Shown here piece after piece: positions 44,477 through 54,243 of a stretch of DNA of 64,000 bases. Position 1 is the stretch's first letter; each line of letters begins with the position of its first letter. Source of the stretch: Anaeromyxobacteraceae bacterium (lineage in GTDB: Bacteria > Myxococcota > Myxococcia > Myxococcales > Anaeromyxobacteraceae); contig JASGHJ010000002.1 in the NCBI GenBank assembly GCA_047602405.1, positions 2,400,001-2,464,000 of the forward strand. Reading direction: 5' to 3'. Below the pieces are notes generated by a model, which saw only the letters and a list, made by a program, of their open reading frames with translations, was not told where the DNA came from and made no database searches. The position numbers and the translations under genes were made by a program.

Positions 44477-46984
44477 GTGCCGGGCCCCTCCTCCACCTCC
44501 AGCCGCCCCGTCGAGCTGCTCGCCCCCGCGGGCGGGCTCGAGGCCGGCCTCGCCGCGCTCCAGTACGGGGCCGACGCGGTCTACCTCGGCCTGAAGCGCT
44601 ACTCGGCGCGCGCCGACGCCCAGAACTTCACGCTCGACGAGCTCGACCGGTTCCTCGGGCACGCGCGGACGCTCGCGCCCCGGCGCCGGGCCTTCGTCGC
44701 CGTGAACACGCTCGTCCTCGACGGCGAGCTCGAGGGGCTCGTCGACACGCTGGGCGACCTCGCCGACCTCGGCGTCGACGCGATCATCGTGCAGGACCTC
44801 GGGGTCGCCCGGCTCGCCCGGCGGTACTTCCCCGAGCTCGAGCTCCACGCGAGCACGCAGCTCGCCGCGCACTCGCGCGCCGGCGTCGAGACGCTCCGCG
44901 ACCTCGGCTTCGCGCGCGTCACGCTCGCCCGGGAGATGACGCTCGACGAGATCCGGGACGCGGCCTCGGTCCCCGGCTGCGAGGTCGAGACGTTCCTCCA
45001 CGGCGCGCTCTGCTACGCGTACAGCGGGCTGTGCCTCTTCTCCTCCCACGTCGTGGGGCGGAGCGGCAACCGCGGCTCCTGCGCCTACCCGTGCCGCGAC
45101 CGCTGGGAGGTCACCTCCCTCGACGGCGCGCCGTTGCCGGCGGGGATGGAGAGCGGCTTCGCCTTCTCGATGAAGGACCTCGCCCTGCCCGACCACGTCG
45201 AGAAGCTGCGCGACGCCGGCGTGGCCTGCCTCAAGATCGAGGGGCGCAAGAAGGCCCCCACCTACGTCGCCGCGACGGTGGACTTCTACCGGCGCGTGCT
45301 CGACGGGACGATGCCGCCCGGGGAGCGCCCCGCCCGCGAGGCCGACCTCCAGGCCACCTTCGCGCGGCCGTGGACGACGCTCTACCTCGACTCGCACCAG
45401 GCCAAGGACGTCGCCGACCGCGACGTCGTCGGCCACCGCGGCGCCCCGCTCGGGAAGCTCGAGGCGGTGGTGCGCGCGCCCGACGGCGCGGCGGTGCGCT
45501 TCCGCACGGCGCACCCCCTCCAGCGCCACGACGGCCTGCAGGTCGAGGTGCCCGGCCTCGACCGGCCCTTCGGCTTCGGCGTGCAGACGCTGCGGGTGGT
45601 GAACCGCGGCAAGGCGGCGGACGCGTTCGAGGCGCCCGCCGGCGCGCTCGTCGAGGTGCCGCTGCCGGAGGAGGGGTACCCCACCCTGCCCATCGGCGCG
45701 CAGGTCTCGCTCTCCTCGTCGCAGGCGGTGAAGCTCCGCTACCGCGTGGAGGCGCCCAACCTCGGCGCGCAGCGCATCCGCCGCCCGATGCGGGTCGAGG
45801 CAGCCGTCTCCGCCGGCGGGCTGGAGCTCGCGGCGACGGCCGAGCTCGCCCCGGGCCGGACCGTGCACGCCGCCGTCGAGGTGCCCGGCCCGCTCGAGCC
45901 CGCCCGCGACGCCGCGAAGATGGCGGCGAGCGCCCGGGCCTCCTTCGAGAAGCTCGGCGACACGCGCTTCAGGCTCGAGGCCCTCGACTGGCGTGACCCG
46001 GCCGGTCTCTTCGTGCCCGTCTCGCGGCTCAACGAGGCCCGCCGCGCGCTCGCCGACGCGCTGTCCGCCGCGATCACCACGGACGTGAAGGCCCGGGCCG
46101 CCGCCGCCCTGGCCGGGCTCACCGCACCGCCGGCGCCCGCCCAGGAGGGGCCGTTCCGGCTCACGCTCAAGGTCGACCGCCTCGAGACGCTGGACGCCTT
46201 CGAGCCCGCGGACCTCGAGGCGGCCGAGGACGTGGTGGTGGACCTGGGCCCCCTGCCGCTGCGCGGCCTCGCGGAGCGGCTCGAGGCGCTCGCCGCGAAG
46301 GCGGGCCGCGAGCGCCTGCGGCTCGGGCTGCCGCTCATCGTGCGGGGCTGGGAGGAGAAGGCGCTCCGGGCGCGCATCGACGCGCTCCGGGCCGCGGGGT
46401 TCCGGCGCTGGGAGCTCACCGGCGCCGCGTCCTGGGCGCTCCTGGGCATCCGGCCCGGGGAGCCCACCGACCTCGACCTCACCTCCGACTGGAGCCTCCA
46501 CGTCGTGAACCGCGCCGCGGCCGGGACGCTCGCGGAGCTCGGGGTCGGCCGGGTGACGCTGTCGACCGAGGACGACCGCGGGAACCTCTCCGCGCTCCTC
46601 GGCCGGCTCGGCGACCGGGCCGCGGTGGTCGTGTACGAGGACTCGCCGCTCTTCATCTCGGAGTCCTGCCCTTACGCGAACCTCGCGGGCGGCTGCCCGG
46701 GCCCGGCGAGCTGCACCTTCGAGGAGATGGAGCTCACCTCCTCGCACGGCGGGAAGGCGACCGTGGTGAACGAGCGGTGCCGCTCCTTCACGCTCAACGA
46801 CGCCCCCTACAACCTGTCGCCCAGGCTCTCCGCCCTGCGCGAGGCCGGCGCCCGCCACCTGCGCGTCCACCTCGTCCACAGAAAGTACCCGCCCGCGCGC
46901 GCGGTCGAGGTCTGGCGCGCGCTCGTGCGCGGCGAGGTCGTGACCCCGGGGCACACCGGGACGTTCGACCGCGAGGGCTGGTAG
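44477..46984 (+). CDS. U32 family protein with C-terminal DUF3656-like region (RlhA-like RNA hydroxylation factor)
   Basis: ELLAPAG, GADAVYLG, HASTQ, HGALCYAYSGLC.FSS…RSGNRGSCAYPCR, KIEGRKK; 835-aa length fits the long RlhA type. Confidence 0.9.
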   Translation: MPGPSSTSSRPVELLAPAGGLEAGLAALQYGADAVYLGLKRYSARADAQNFTLDELDRFLGHARTLAPRRRAFVAVNTLVLDGELEGLVDTLGDLADLGVDAIIVQDLGVARLARRYFPELELHASTQLAAHSRAGVETLRDLGFARVTLAREMTLDEIRDAASVPGCEVETFLHGALCYAYSGLCLFSSHVVGRSGNRGSCAYPCRDRWEVTSLDGAPLPAGMESGFAFSMKDLALPDHVEKLRDAGVACLKIEGRKKAPTYVAATVDFYRRVLDGTMPPGERPAREADLQATFARPWTTLYLDSHQAKDVADRDVVGHRGAPLGKLEAVVRAPDGAAVRFRTAHPLQRHDGLQVEVPGLDRPFGFGVQTLRVVNRGKAADAFEAPAGALVEVPLPEEGYPTLPIGAQVSLSSSQAVKLRYRVEAPNLGAQRIRRPMRVEAAVSAGGLELAATAELAPGRTVHAAVEVPGPLEPARDAAKMAASARASFEKLGDTRFRLEALDWRDPAGLFVPVSRLNEARRALADALSAAITTDVKARAAAALAGLTAPPAPAQEGPFRLTLKVDRLETLDAFEPADLEAAEDVVVDLGPLPLRGLAERLEALAAKAGRERLRLGLPLIVRGWEEKALRARIDALRAAGFRRWELTGAASWALLGIRPGEPTDLDLTSDWSLHVVNRAAAGTLAELGVGRVTLSTEDDRGNLSALLGRLGDRAAVVVYEDSPLFISESCPYANLAGGCPGPASCTFEEMELTSSHGGKATVVNERCRSFTLNDAPYNLSPRLSALREAGARHLRVHLVHRKYPPARAVEVWRALVRGEVVTPGHTGTFDREGW

Positions 46985-46990
46985 GCGGCC

Positions 46991-47716
46991 TCAGGGACCG
47001 GAGCGGAACCGGGGCTCCCAGCCCAGGTCGCGGGCCGCCTTCTCGATGGCCACGTCCCCGTCCGGCTCCGCCACGTTGTAGACGCCGGGCGAACCACGAT
47101 CGATCGCGAGCAGCGCCGCCCTCGCCGCGGCCTCCACGTGCAGGGGCATCCGGTGCGGGGCGTCGAAGCCGGTCCCCGGCCCGTAGAGCCGGCCGTACCG
47201 CAGGACGATCCCCTGGAGCGGCGCCCCGAGCACCTGCCGCTCGAGGCTCAGCACGCCCTCCACCGTGCGGCCCATGGCCGGGTCCGAGGCGGGGAGGAGG
47301 GGCGCGTCCTCGCGCCAGGGCCGCGGGCCCGCCGCGTAGACGAAGGCGAGGCTCTGGGCGACGAGCCGGCGCGCGCCCGCGGCCACCGCCGCGGCGACGA
47401 GGTTCCGGGTCCCCTCCTCGCGCAGCCGCGCGTTCCGTTCGAGCGCGCCGCCCATCCGCGCCGGGTCGAGCGCGGGCGGCAGATCCGTGAGCTGGTGGAA
47501 GACCACCTCGGGCCGCGCCTCCGAGACGGCCCGCGAGAGCGCCGGTGCGTCGAAGACGTCGAGGACGACCGGCTCGATGCCGAGCGCACGCAGCGCCGCG
47601 ACCTTCGCGGGCACGCGCGTGGTGCCCACCACCCGGAAGCCGGCCGCGACGAGCTGGAGCGACAGGGGGCGGCCGACGGCGCCCGAGGCGCCCGCGAGGA
47701 ACACGGTCCGGAGCAT
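46991..47716 (-). CDS. NAD-dependent epimerase/dehydratase family protein
   Basis: AGASGAVG, HQLTDL, EGTRNLV, LRYGRLYGPG, YNVAE, LGWEPR. Confidence 0.88.
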   Translation of the reverse strand: MLRTVFLAGASGAVGRPLSLQLVAAGFRVVGTTRVPAKVAALRALGIEPVVLDVFDAPALSRAVSEARPEVVFHQLTDLPPALDPARMGGALERNARLREEGTRNLVAAAVAAGARRLVAQSLAFVYAAGPRPWREDAPLLPASDPAMGRTVEGVLSLERQVLGAPLQGIVLRYGRLYGPGTGFDAPHRMPLHVEAAARAALLAIDRGSPGVYNVAEPDGDVAIEKAARDLGWEPRFRSGP

Positions 47717-47829
47717 GCGGCATCCTCACCTCTCGGGGCCCGCTCCGCCGCGGCCCGCACGGGGCGCGCAGGCGGCAGGCAGGCGCACGGAGGGCCGCTC
47801 GTCCGCCCGGCCGCTCGCCCGGGAGCCGG

Positions 47830-47973
47830 TCAGCGGTTCAAGAGGTTCAGCACGAGCGACTTGCGGCCGCCCGAGAGCTGGCGCTCCTGCTCCCGCCGGC
47901 GCGCCCGGGCGCGCGCGCCGAGGACCACGGCGAGGAGGATGAGCGGGGCGGCGATGGCGGCGGGGACCCACAT
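47830..47973 (-). CDS. Possible small membrane protein (47 aa)
   Basis: ATG at 47973; hydrophobic N-terminal helix then a basic tail; host-like codons. Confidence 0.45.
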   Translation of the reverse strand: MWVPAAIAAPLILLAVVLGARARARRREQERQLSGGRKSLVLNLLNR

Positions 47974-48011
47974 GCCCGGGAGAACATCCGCGCGCGCGCG
48001 GACCTTCCCGG

Positions 48012-48995
48012 TCAGCGGTTCACGTCGACCACGAGCCGCCCGCGCACGCTCCCGCCGAGGAGCTGCGCCGCGGCCGGGATGGCCTCGGCGAGGCCGATCT
48101 CCCGGGTCATCCGCTCGAGGTGCGCGGGGGCGAGATCGGCGGCGAGCCGCCGCCAGGCCACCTCGCGCTGGGCCCGCGGCACGAGGACGCTGTTCACGCC
48201 GTAGAGCGTGACGCCGCGGAGGATGAAGGGCGCCACCGTGGACGGGAAGTCCATGCCCTGCGCGAGCCCGCAGGCGGCCACCGCGCCGTTCGCGCGCGTC
48301 GTCGCGCAGGCGTTCGCGAGCGTGTGGCTGCCGACCGAGTCGACGACGCCGGCCCAGCGCTCCTTGCCGAGCGGCTTCCCCGGCGCCGAGAGCTCGGCGC
48401 GGTCGATGATCGCGGCGGCCCCGAGCGCCTTCAGGTAGTCCGCCTCCGCCACGCGGCCCGTGGAGGCCACCACCCGGTATCCGAGCTTCGCGAGCACGCT
48501 CACCGCGACCGAGCCCACCCCGCCCGCGGCTCCGGTCACGAGGACCTCGCCGTCGCCGGGCGCGAGGCCGTGGCGCTCGAGGGCGAGCACGCAGAGCATG
48601 GCGGTGAAGCCGGCCGTGCCGACCGCCGCCGCCTGGCGCGTGGTGAGCGAGGCCGGGACCCGGACCAGCCAGCCGCCCTTCACCCGCGCCTTCTGCGCGA
48701 GCCCGCCCCAGTGCGACTCGCCCACGCCCCAGCCGTTCAGGACGACCCGGTCGCCCGGCTTCCAGTCCGGGTCGCCGCTCGTCTCCACGACCCCGGAGAG
48801 ATCGATGCCCGGGACCATCGGCCACGCGCGCACGATCGGCGAGCGGCCGGTGATGGCGAGGGCGTCCTTGTAGTTGAGCGTCGAGTACTCGACCTTCACG
48901 ACCACGTCGCCCGCGGGCAGCTGCGCCTCGTCGAGCGACGTGATCGCGGCGTGGGTCTCGTTCCCGGACTTCGTGAGGAGGATTCCCTGGGTCAT
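48012..48995 (-). CDS. acuI: YhdH/AcuI family NADPH-dependent acryloyl-CoA reductase (MDR)
   Basis: [55 protein letters not shown]. Confidence 0.9.
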   Translation of the reverse strand: MTQGILLTKSGNETHAAITSLDEAQLPAGDVVVKVEYSTLNYKDALAITGRSPIVRAWPMVPGIDLSGVVETSGDPDWKPGDRVVLNGWGVGESHWGGLAQKARVKGGWLVRVPASLTTRQAAAVGTAGFTAMLCVLALERHGLAPGDGEVLVTGAAGGVGSVAVSVLAKLGYRVVASTGRVAEADYLKALGAAAIIDRAELSAPGKPLGKERWAGVVDSVGSHTLANACATTRANGAVAACGLAQGMDFPSTVAPFILRGVTLYGVNSVLVPRAQREVAWRRLAADLAPAHLERMTREIGLAEAIPAAAQLLGGSVRGRLVVDVNR

Positions 48996-49015
48996 GGCCC
49001 GGGGATTCTACTCCC

Positions 49016-49288
49016 CTACTCCTCGTGCGGCTCGAACCAGAACTTCTTGTGCGTCAGCTCCGGCGCTTCCTTCGTGATCTCGTTCGAGTCGTTCTTCATC
49101 GCCTTCAGCACCGTGTGCATGTACTCGGTGCGGAGGTGGTCCTGCAGGAAGATGAGGGCCTCCTTCTCGTCCGCCCACCCGTGCTCGCGCGGGTAGTGCG
49201 CCATGAGGAACTCGCGCAGATCCACCACCTTGAGCTTGCGCTTCTCGATGGTGGTCCACTCCTTGGTCATTCCGAGGACGATCTTCAT
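49016..49288 (-). CDS. Hypothetical protein (90 aa)
   Basis: GGAG RBS, strong GC3 codon bias, hydrophilic sequence. Confidence 0.75.
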   Translation of the reverse strand: MKIVLGMTKEWTTIEKRKLKVVDLREFLMAHYPREHGWADEKEALIFLQDHLRTEYMHTVLKAMKNDSNEITKEAPELTHKKFWFEPHEE

Positions 49289-49444
49289 GCCTTGCTCCTA
49301 CCCCTGAACGCGCCGGACTTCCAGCGCAGAGGTGACCCGGGGGCGACCCCGCGCCCGGGGCGCGGGGCGCGATCCCCTGGAGGAGGCAAGAGCCGAGCTT
49401 CACTGGCGTTTGTCGCGGGAGGCGGGCCGGTATTCGCGCCCGCC

Positions 49445-50323
49445 TCAGTCGCGGACCGGCCAGACGCCGTGCGCCTCGTTCCACGACACGTCCGAGTAGA
49501 GGCCCGACGGGAGCTCGATGATCCCGTAGATGCCGGTGCAGGTCGAGAACGTCGTCCAGTACGCGATCGGCCGCAGGTTCAGGAAGGCGGCCTCCGCCGC
49601 GCCGCCGGCCGCCGCGAGGTCCGCGGCGAGCAGGCGCAGGGCCCCGTCGTCGGGGATCTGCCAGTCGCCCGGGGCGGAGCCGTCGGAGAGCCCGCAGGCC
49701 CCCGCGCCGAGCGAGCCGGTCCACTGGAGCGCCGCGAGGTAGGGCAGGACGCCCGCGGCGCGCTCGACGCCCCCCAGCGTCTCCAGGCAGCGCGCGTCCC
49801 GGAGCCACCGCCGGGTGGCCACCGAGTCGGACACGGTCACGGTGCCGTCGCCGTTGTCGGTGATGGTGACGTCCTCGACCGGGGCGACGGGCGCGCACGC
49901 GCCGGAGGAGAGCACGTAACCCGCGTCGCACGCGTACGCGCACGACAGGGTGCAGCCGGCCTCGCAATCGCAGCCGTGCACGAGCACGTAGGGTGCGTCG
50001 CTCGCCGGGGACTGATCGGACGCGGCGCAGGGCGTGGCGTGCTCGGGGACCGCGCCGGTGCACACGCCGGCGGGCTGGCAGGTGCCACCCGACAGCGCGA
50101 AGCCGTCCGCGCAGGCGTAGGCGCAGGCGCCCGCGCCTGCACACGAGGTGACCAGGCTGCGAGGGGTGTCCGCCTCGAGGGCCCCCGTGCCGGGGCACGC
50201 GACGGCGTCCGCCGGCGCGGAGCCCGTGCACTCCGGCGACCGGAGGACCGGACGGTCGTGGCCGCCGCAGCCCCACGCGGCGAGCGTGGCGAGCACGACC
50301 AGGAGGCGAGCCGGGCGGACCAT
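49445..50323 (-). CDS. Lipoprotein with Cys-rich repeats and a C-terminal Lcl/DUF1566-like domain
   Basis: Lipobox AWGC; two CTG..P..A..C…CAYAC..G(F/Y).LS.G.C repeats; DNGDGTV…W, DWQIP, YWT, VWPVR. Confidence 0.75.
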   Translation of the reverse strand: MVRPARLLVVLATLAAWGCGGHDRPVLRSPECTGSAPADAVACPGTGALEADTPRSLVTSCAGAGACAYACADGFALSGGTCQPAGVCTGAVPEHATPCAASDQSPASDAPYVLVHGCDCEAGCTLSCAYACDAGYVLSSGACAPVAPVEDVTITDNGDGTVTVSDSVATRRWLRDARCLETLGGVERAAGVLPYLAALQWTGSLGAGACGLSDGSAPGDWQIPDDGALRLLAADLAAAGGAAEAAFLNLRPIAYWTTFSTCTGIYGIIELPSGLYSDVSWNEAHGVWPVRD

Positions 50324-50387
50324 GGCGGTCGCCCGCAGCATACGAGCCGGCCTGGCCGCCCGGCTGCGGTCGAAGGCCGCGCCCCGT

Positions 50388-51272
50388 TCAGCCGCCCAGC
50401 CCCTCGGCGGCCGTCCGCAGCCAGGCCTGCACGGCGGCGACCCGGGCGTTGCCCCTCAGGTCCTCGTGGTAGGCGAGCCAGACCTCGCGCGAGGGCAGCT
50501 CGAGCGAGGGCAGCACCGGGACGAGCCGCGGCTCGCGCCGCGCGATGAAGGTCCCGAGCATCGCGATGCCCGCGCCCTCGAGGCAGGCGAGGACCTGGGC
50601 CGTCGTGGTCGTGGAGCGCACCGCCCACCGTGGCGAGGGGACGAGCTGCCGGAGGCGCCGGAGCTGCGGCACGCCGTCCAGCGAGGCGTCGAAGCCCACG
50701 TGGTCGTGGTCCGCGAGGTCGCGCGCCTCCCGGGGCGCGCCACGCCGCTCCAGGTACTCGCGGCTCGCGAAGAGGCCGTGCCGGAGGGTCCCGAGGCGCC
50801 GCGCGACGAGGGAACCACCCCGGGGCCGGAAGAGCCGCACCGCGACGTCGGCCTCGCGGCGCGCGAGGTCGAGCGCGAGCGCGTCCGGCCGGAGCTCCAG
50901 CGTGAGGCCGGGGTGCGCCCGCCGCAGCTCGCCCAGGGCCGGGAGGAGCAGGTGGTGCAGGAGACCGTCGCTCGCGGTGAGCCGGACCGAGCCCGAGACG
51001 CGGGCGTCCGCCCCGCCGACCTCGCGCTCGACCGCGAGCGCCTCCTCCTCCACCCTCGCCGCCCGGACGAGGAGCGCCGCGCCCTCGCGGGTCGGGAGGA
51101 GCCCCGCGGGGGTGCGATTGAAGAGCCGCGCGCCCAGCGCCGCCTCGAGGGCCGAGAGGCGCCGGCCCACGGTGGAGGTGTCGACGCCGAGGACGCGCGC
51201 GGCGCCGCCGTGGCTGCCGCGCCGCTGCACCGCGAGCGCCACGCGGAGGTCGTCCCAGGCGAAGGAGGGCAT
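50388..51272 (-). CDS. LysR family transcriptional regulator
   Basis: WDDLR..LAV.R.GS..AAR.LGV..STVGRR…LE..LGARLF; DLARREADVAVR. Confidence 0.93.
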   Translation of the reverse strand: MPSFAWDDLRVALAVQRRGSHGGAARVLGVDTSTVGRRLSALEAALGARLFNRTPAGLLPTREGAALLVRAARVEEEALAVEREVGGADARVSGSVRLTASDGLLHHLLLPALGELRRAHPGLTLELRPDALALDLARREADVAVRLFRPRGGSLVARRLGTLRHGLFASREYLERRGAPREARDLADHDHVGFDASLDGVPQLRRLRQLVPSPRWAVRSTTTTAQVLACLEGAGIAMLGTFIARREPRLVPVLPSLELPSREVWLAYHEDLRGNARVAAVQAWLRTAAEGLGG

Positions 51273-51361
51273 GCCTTGCATTCTTGCACGTTGCGCTTGC
51301 GCTCGCAGGCAGTTCTGCAAGCCGGGCCCGGCCGGCATCCTCCGGTTCCATGGAGGACGTC

Positions 51362-52159
51362 ATGACCCCGAACCCCGTCTCGACCCTGGCCGTCACCCTC
51401 ACCCTCGTCGGCGGACCGACCGCGCTGCTGGACCTCGGCGGCGTCCGCTTCCTGACCGACCCCACCCTCTCGCCGCCCGCCCCGTACCCGGCCGCGCCGG
51501 GCCGGTTCCTGCAGAAGCTCGAGGGGCCTGCGCTCGCCGCAGCCGACCTGGGCCGCGTCGACGCCGTGCTCCTCTCCCACGACCAGCACGCCGACAACCT
51601 CGACCCGGAGGGCCGCGCCCTCGTGGCCCGTGCGCCGATCACCTTCACGACGCCGCTCGCCGCCGGCCGGCTCGAGGGGCGCCTCCTGGGCCTCGAGCCC
51701 TGGGCGTCCGCGACCTTCCGGGCGGAGGGCCGCACCTTCCGGATCACCGCGGTGCCGGCGCGGCACGGGCCGGACGGCACGGAGCACCTCACGGGCCCGG
51801 TGACCGGGTTCGTCCTCGCCTCCGAGGGCCTGCCCACCGTCTACGTGAGCGGCGACAACGCCTCCGTGGCGGTCGTCCAGGAGGTGGCGGCCCGCTTCCG
51901 CGTGGACGTGGCCGTGCTCTTCGCGGGCGCCGCGAGATCCCCGCGCCTGCTGGGCGACGCGCTCCTCACCCTCGACGCGGCGCGCGCCGTCGAGGCCGCC
52001 CGTGCCCTGCCCGGCGCCGTGATCGTGCCGGTCCACTTCCGGGGCTGGGGCCACTTCACCGACGGGCCCGGGGCGCTCCGGGTCGCGTTCGACGCGGCCG
52101 GGCTCGGCGCGCGGCTCGTGCTGCTCGAGCCCGGGGCGTCCGTCGGGCTGCCGCGGTGA
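51362..52159 (+). CDS. Metallo-beta-lactamase-fold hydrolase
   Basis: LTDP, LLSHDQHADNLD, PARHG, YVSGDN, PVHFRGWGH; divergent from LysR. Confidence 0.9.
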   Translation: MTPNPVSTLAVTLTLVGGPTALLDLGGVRFLTDPTLSPPAPYPAAPGRFLQKLEGPALAAADLGRVDAVLLSHDQHADNLDPEGRALVARAPITFTTPLAAGRLEGRLLGLEPWASATFRAEGRTFRITAVPARHGPDGTEHLTGPVTGFVLASEGLPTVYVSGDNASVAVVQEVAARFRVDVAVLFAGAARSPRLLGDALLTLDAARAVEAARALPGAVIVPVHFRGWGHFTDGPGALRVAFDAAGLGARLVLLEPGASVGLPR

Positions 52160-52178
52160 ACGGAGCCGCGGCGCGGGC

Positions 52179-52532
52179 TCACCCCCCGCGCCGCGGATCC
52201 GCGAGGTCCAGGAGCGCGGCGATGCGCTGGTGGCGCTCGAGCGGGTGGCGCAGCGGGAGCGACCGGTCCACCCGGTAGACGTTGCTGCGCGCGTCGTCGC
52301 TCGCCCGCGTGTGCGAGAGGTACCCGGCCTCCTCGAGCTCCCGGAGGATGCGCTGGACGCCGCGGGGGGTGATGCCCACCTGGGCGGCGATGTCCTGGAT
52401 CCGGGCCGACGGGTTCGCCGCGACGCAGATGAGCACGTGGGCGTGGTTGCTGAGGAACGTCCAGCGCCGCGCGCCGGCCGGCCCCGTTGGGGCGGACGGC
52501 CGCTGGCGCTGGCGCGAGGCGGGCCGGCTCAT
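52179..52532 (-). CDS. Small winged-HTH transcriptional regulator (MarR/AsnC-like, WTFLSNH family)
   Basis: WTFLSNHAHVL, IAAQVGITPRGVQRIL.ELEEAGYL, N.Y, PLRHPLE. Confidence 0.88.
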   Translation of the reverse strand: MSRPASRQRQRPSAPTGPAGARRWTFLSNHAHVLICVAANPSARIQDIAAQVGITPRGVQRILRELEEAGYLSHTRASDDARSNVYRVDRSLPLRHPLERHQRIAALLDLADPRRGG

Positions 52533-52547
52533 TTATACGAACTCCAG

Positions 52548-52625
52548 TTCACGCATCTTGGTTCGCGTACTCGACTTCCTGCAGTGCCTTTCCTGCACTG
52601 CCGTTCACGCACCCGACTTCACCTT
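52548..52625. promoter_or_regulatory. Array of 14-bp-periodic TTCNYGYA motifs (putative operator array)
   Basis: TTCACGCA 52548, TTCGCGTA 52562, TTCCTGCA 52576, TTCCTGCA 52590, TTCACGCA 52604, TTCACCTT 52618. Confidence 0.7.
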
Positions 52626-52650
52626 CGAGCCTACCAGAGAGGACGACCGG

Positions 52651-53733
52651 ATGGGCGGAACCGAGCTCCTGCGCGCCAACCTGCTCTCCCCCCTCGTGCT
52701 CGCCTTCGCCCTCGGGGCGGTCGCGCGCGCGGTGCGCAGCGAGCTCCGCATCCCGAAGGAGCTCTACCAGGCCCTCTCCATCTACCTGCTCCTCGCGCTC
52801 GGCCTGAAGGGCGGCGTCGAGCTCGCCCACGCCGGGCTCTCCGGCATCTGGCGTCCCGCCCTCGCCACCCTCCTCCTCGGATGCATCACGCCGCTCACCG
52901 CCTACCTGGCGCTGCGCCGGCTCGGGCGGTTCTCGACCGACGACGCCGCCGGGATCGCCGCCCACTACGGCTCGGTCTCGGCGGTGACCTTCCTCGCCGC
53001 CCAGCAGTTCGTGACCGCGGTGGGCGCGCCCGCGGAGCCCTACATGGCGACGCTCCTCGCGCTCCTCGAGAGCCCGGGCATCCACATCGCCCTCGCGATC
53101 GGCGTCGTCGCGCGCCTGCGCCGGGCGCAGGAGGGCCAGGCCGCGGCGGAGCAGGAGGCGGCCGTCCCGCTCCGCGCGGCGGTCGGCGGGCCCGGCGGGT
53201 TCGTCACGGCGGTCGGCCCCATGGGCAATCCCGCGCCGGTGCACGACCGGCCCGCGACCCTCGGCTCGACGCTCCACGAGGTGCTCACCGGCCGCACGAT
53301 GGTGCTCCTCGCCGGCGGGCTCGTCGTGGGCTTCCTGATGGGCGAGCGCGGCTGGACGCAGGTCCAGCCCTTCTTCGAGTCGGGCTTCAAGGGCGCCCTC
53401 GTCGTCTTCCTCCTCGAGATGGGCATGGTCGCCGCCTCCCGCGCCGGCGACCTCCGCCGGGTGGGCCCGTTCCTCCTCGTCTTCGGGATGGTCACCCCGC
53501 TCGTCCACGGCGCCCTGGGCGTGTGGCTCGCGCACCTCGCCGGCCTGTCCCCGGGCGGCGCGACCGTGCTCGGCGCGATGGCCGCGAGCGCCTCGTACAT
53601 CGCGGCGCCCCCCGCCGTCCGCGCCCAGCTGCCCGAGGCGAACCCGACCTACTCGCTCACCCTCGCGCTCGCCATCACCTTCCCGTTCAACGTCCTCGTC
53701 GGCATCCCGTTCTTCTACTGGCTGGCCAGCTGA
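52651..53733 (+). CDS. sbtA: SbtA-family sodium-dependent bicarbonate transporter
   Basis: NLLSP..L.F.LG, LSIYLLLALGLKGG, IAAHYGSVSAVTF, LESP, FLLEMG, ASASYIAAP.A.R..LPEANP, TFPFNV.VGIP. Confidence 0.92.
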   Translation: MGGTELLRANLLSPLVLAFALGAVARAVRSELRIPKELYQALSIYLLLALGLKGGVELAHAGLSGIWRPALATLLLGCITPLTAYLALRRLGRFSTDDAAGIAAHYGSVSAVTFLAAQQFVTAVGAPAEPYMATLLALLESPGIHIALAIGVVARLRRAQEGQAAAEQEAAVPLRAAVGGPGGFVTAVGPMGNPAPVHDRPATLGSTLHEVLTGRTMVLLAGGLVVGFLMGERGWTQVQPFFESGFKGALVVFLLEMGMVAASRAGDLRRVGPFLLVFGMVTPLVHGALGVWLAHLAGLSPGGATVLGAMAASASYIAAPPAVRAQLPEANPTYSLTLALAITFPFNVLVGIPFFYWLAS

Positions 53734-53745
53734 AAGGAGCCGCGC

Positions 53746-54239
<494 letters not shown>

Positions 54240-54243
<4 letters not shown>

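Noticed and set aside
51276..51288. LysR T-N11-A box (TTGCATTCTTGCA)
   Set aside because: Plausible, but the pattern is too permissive to support as a feature without data.
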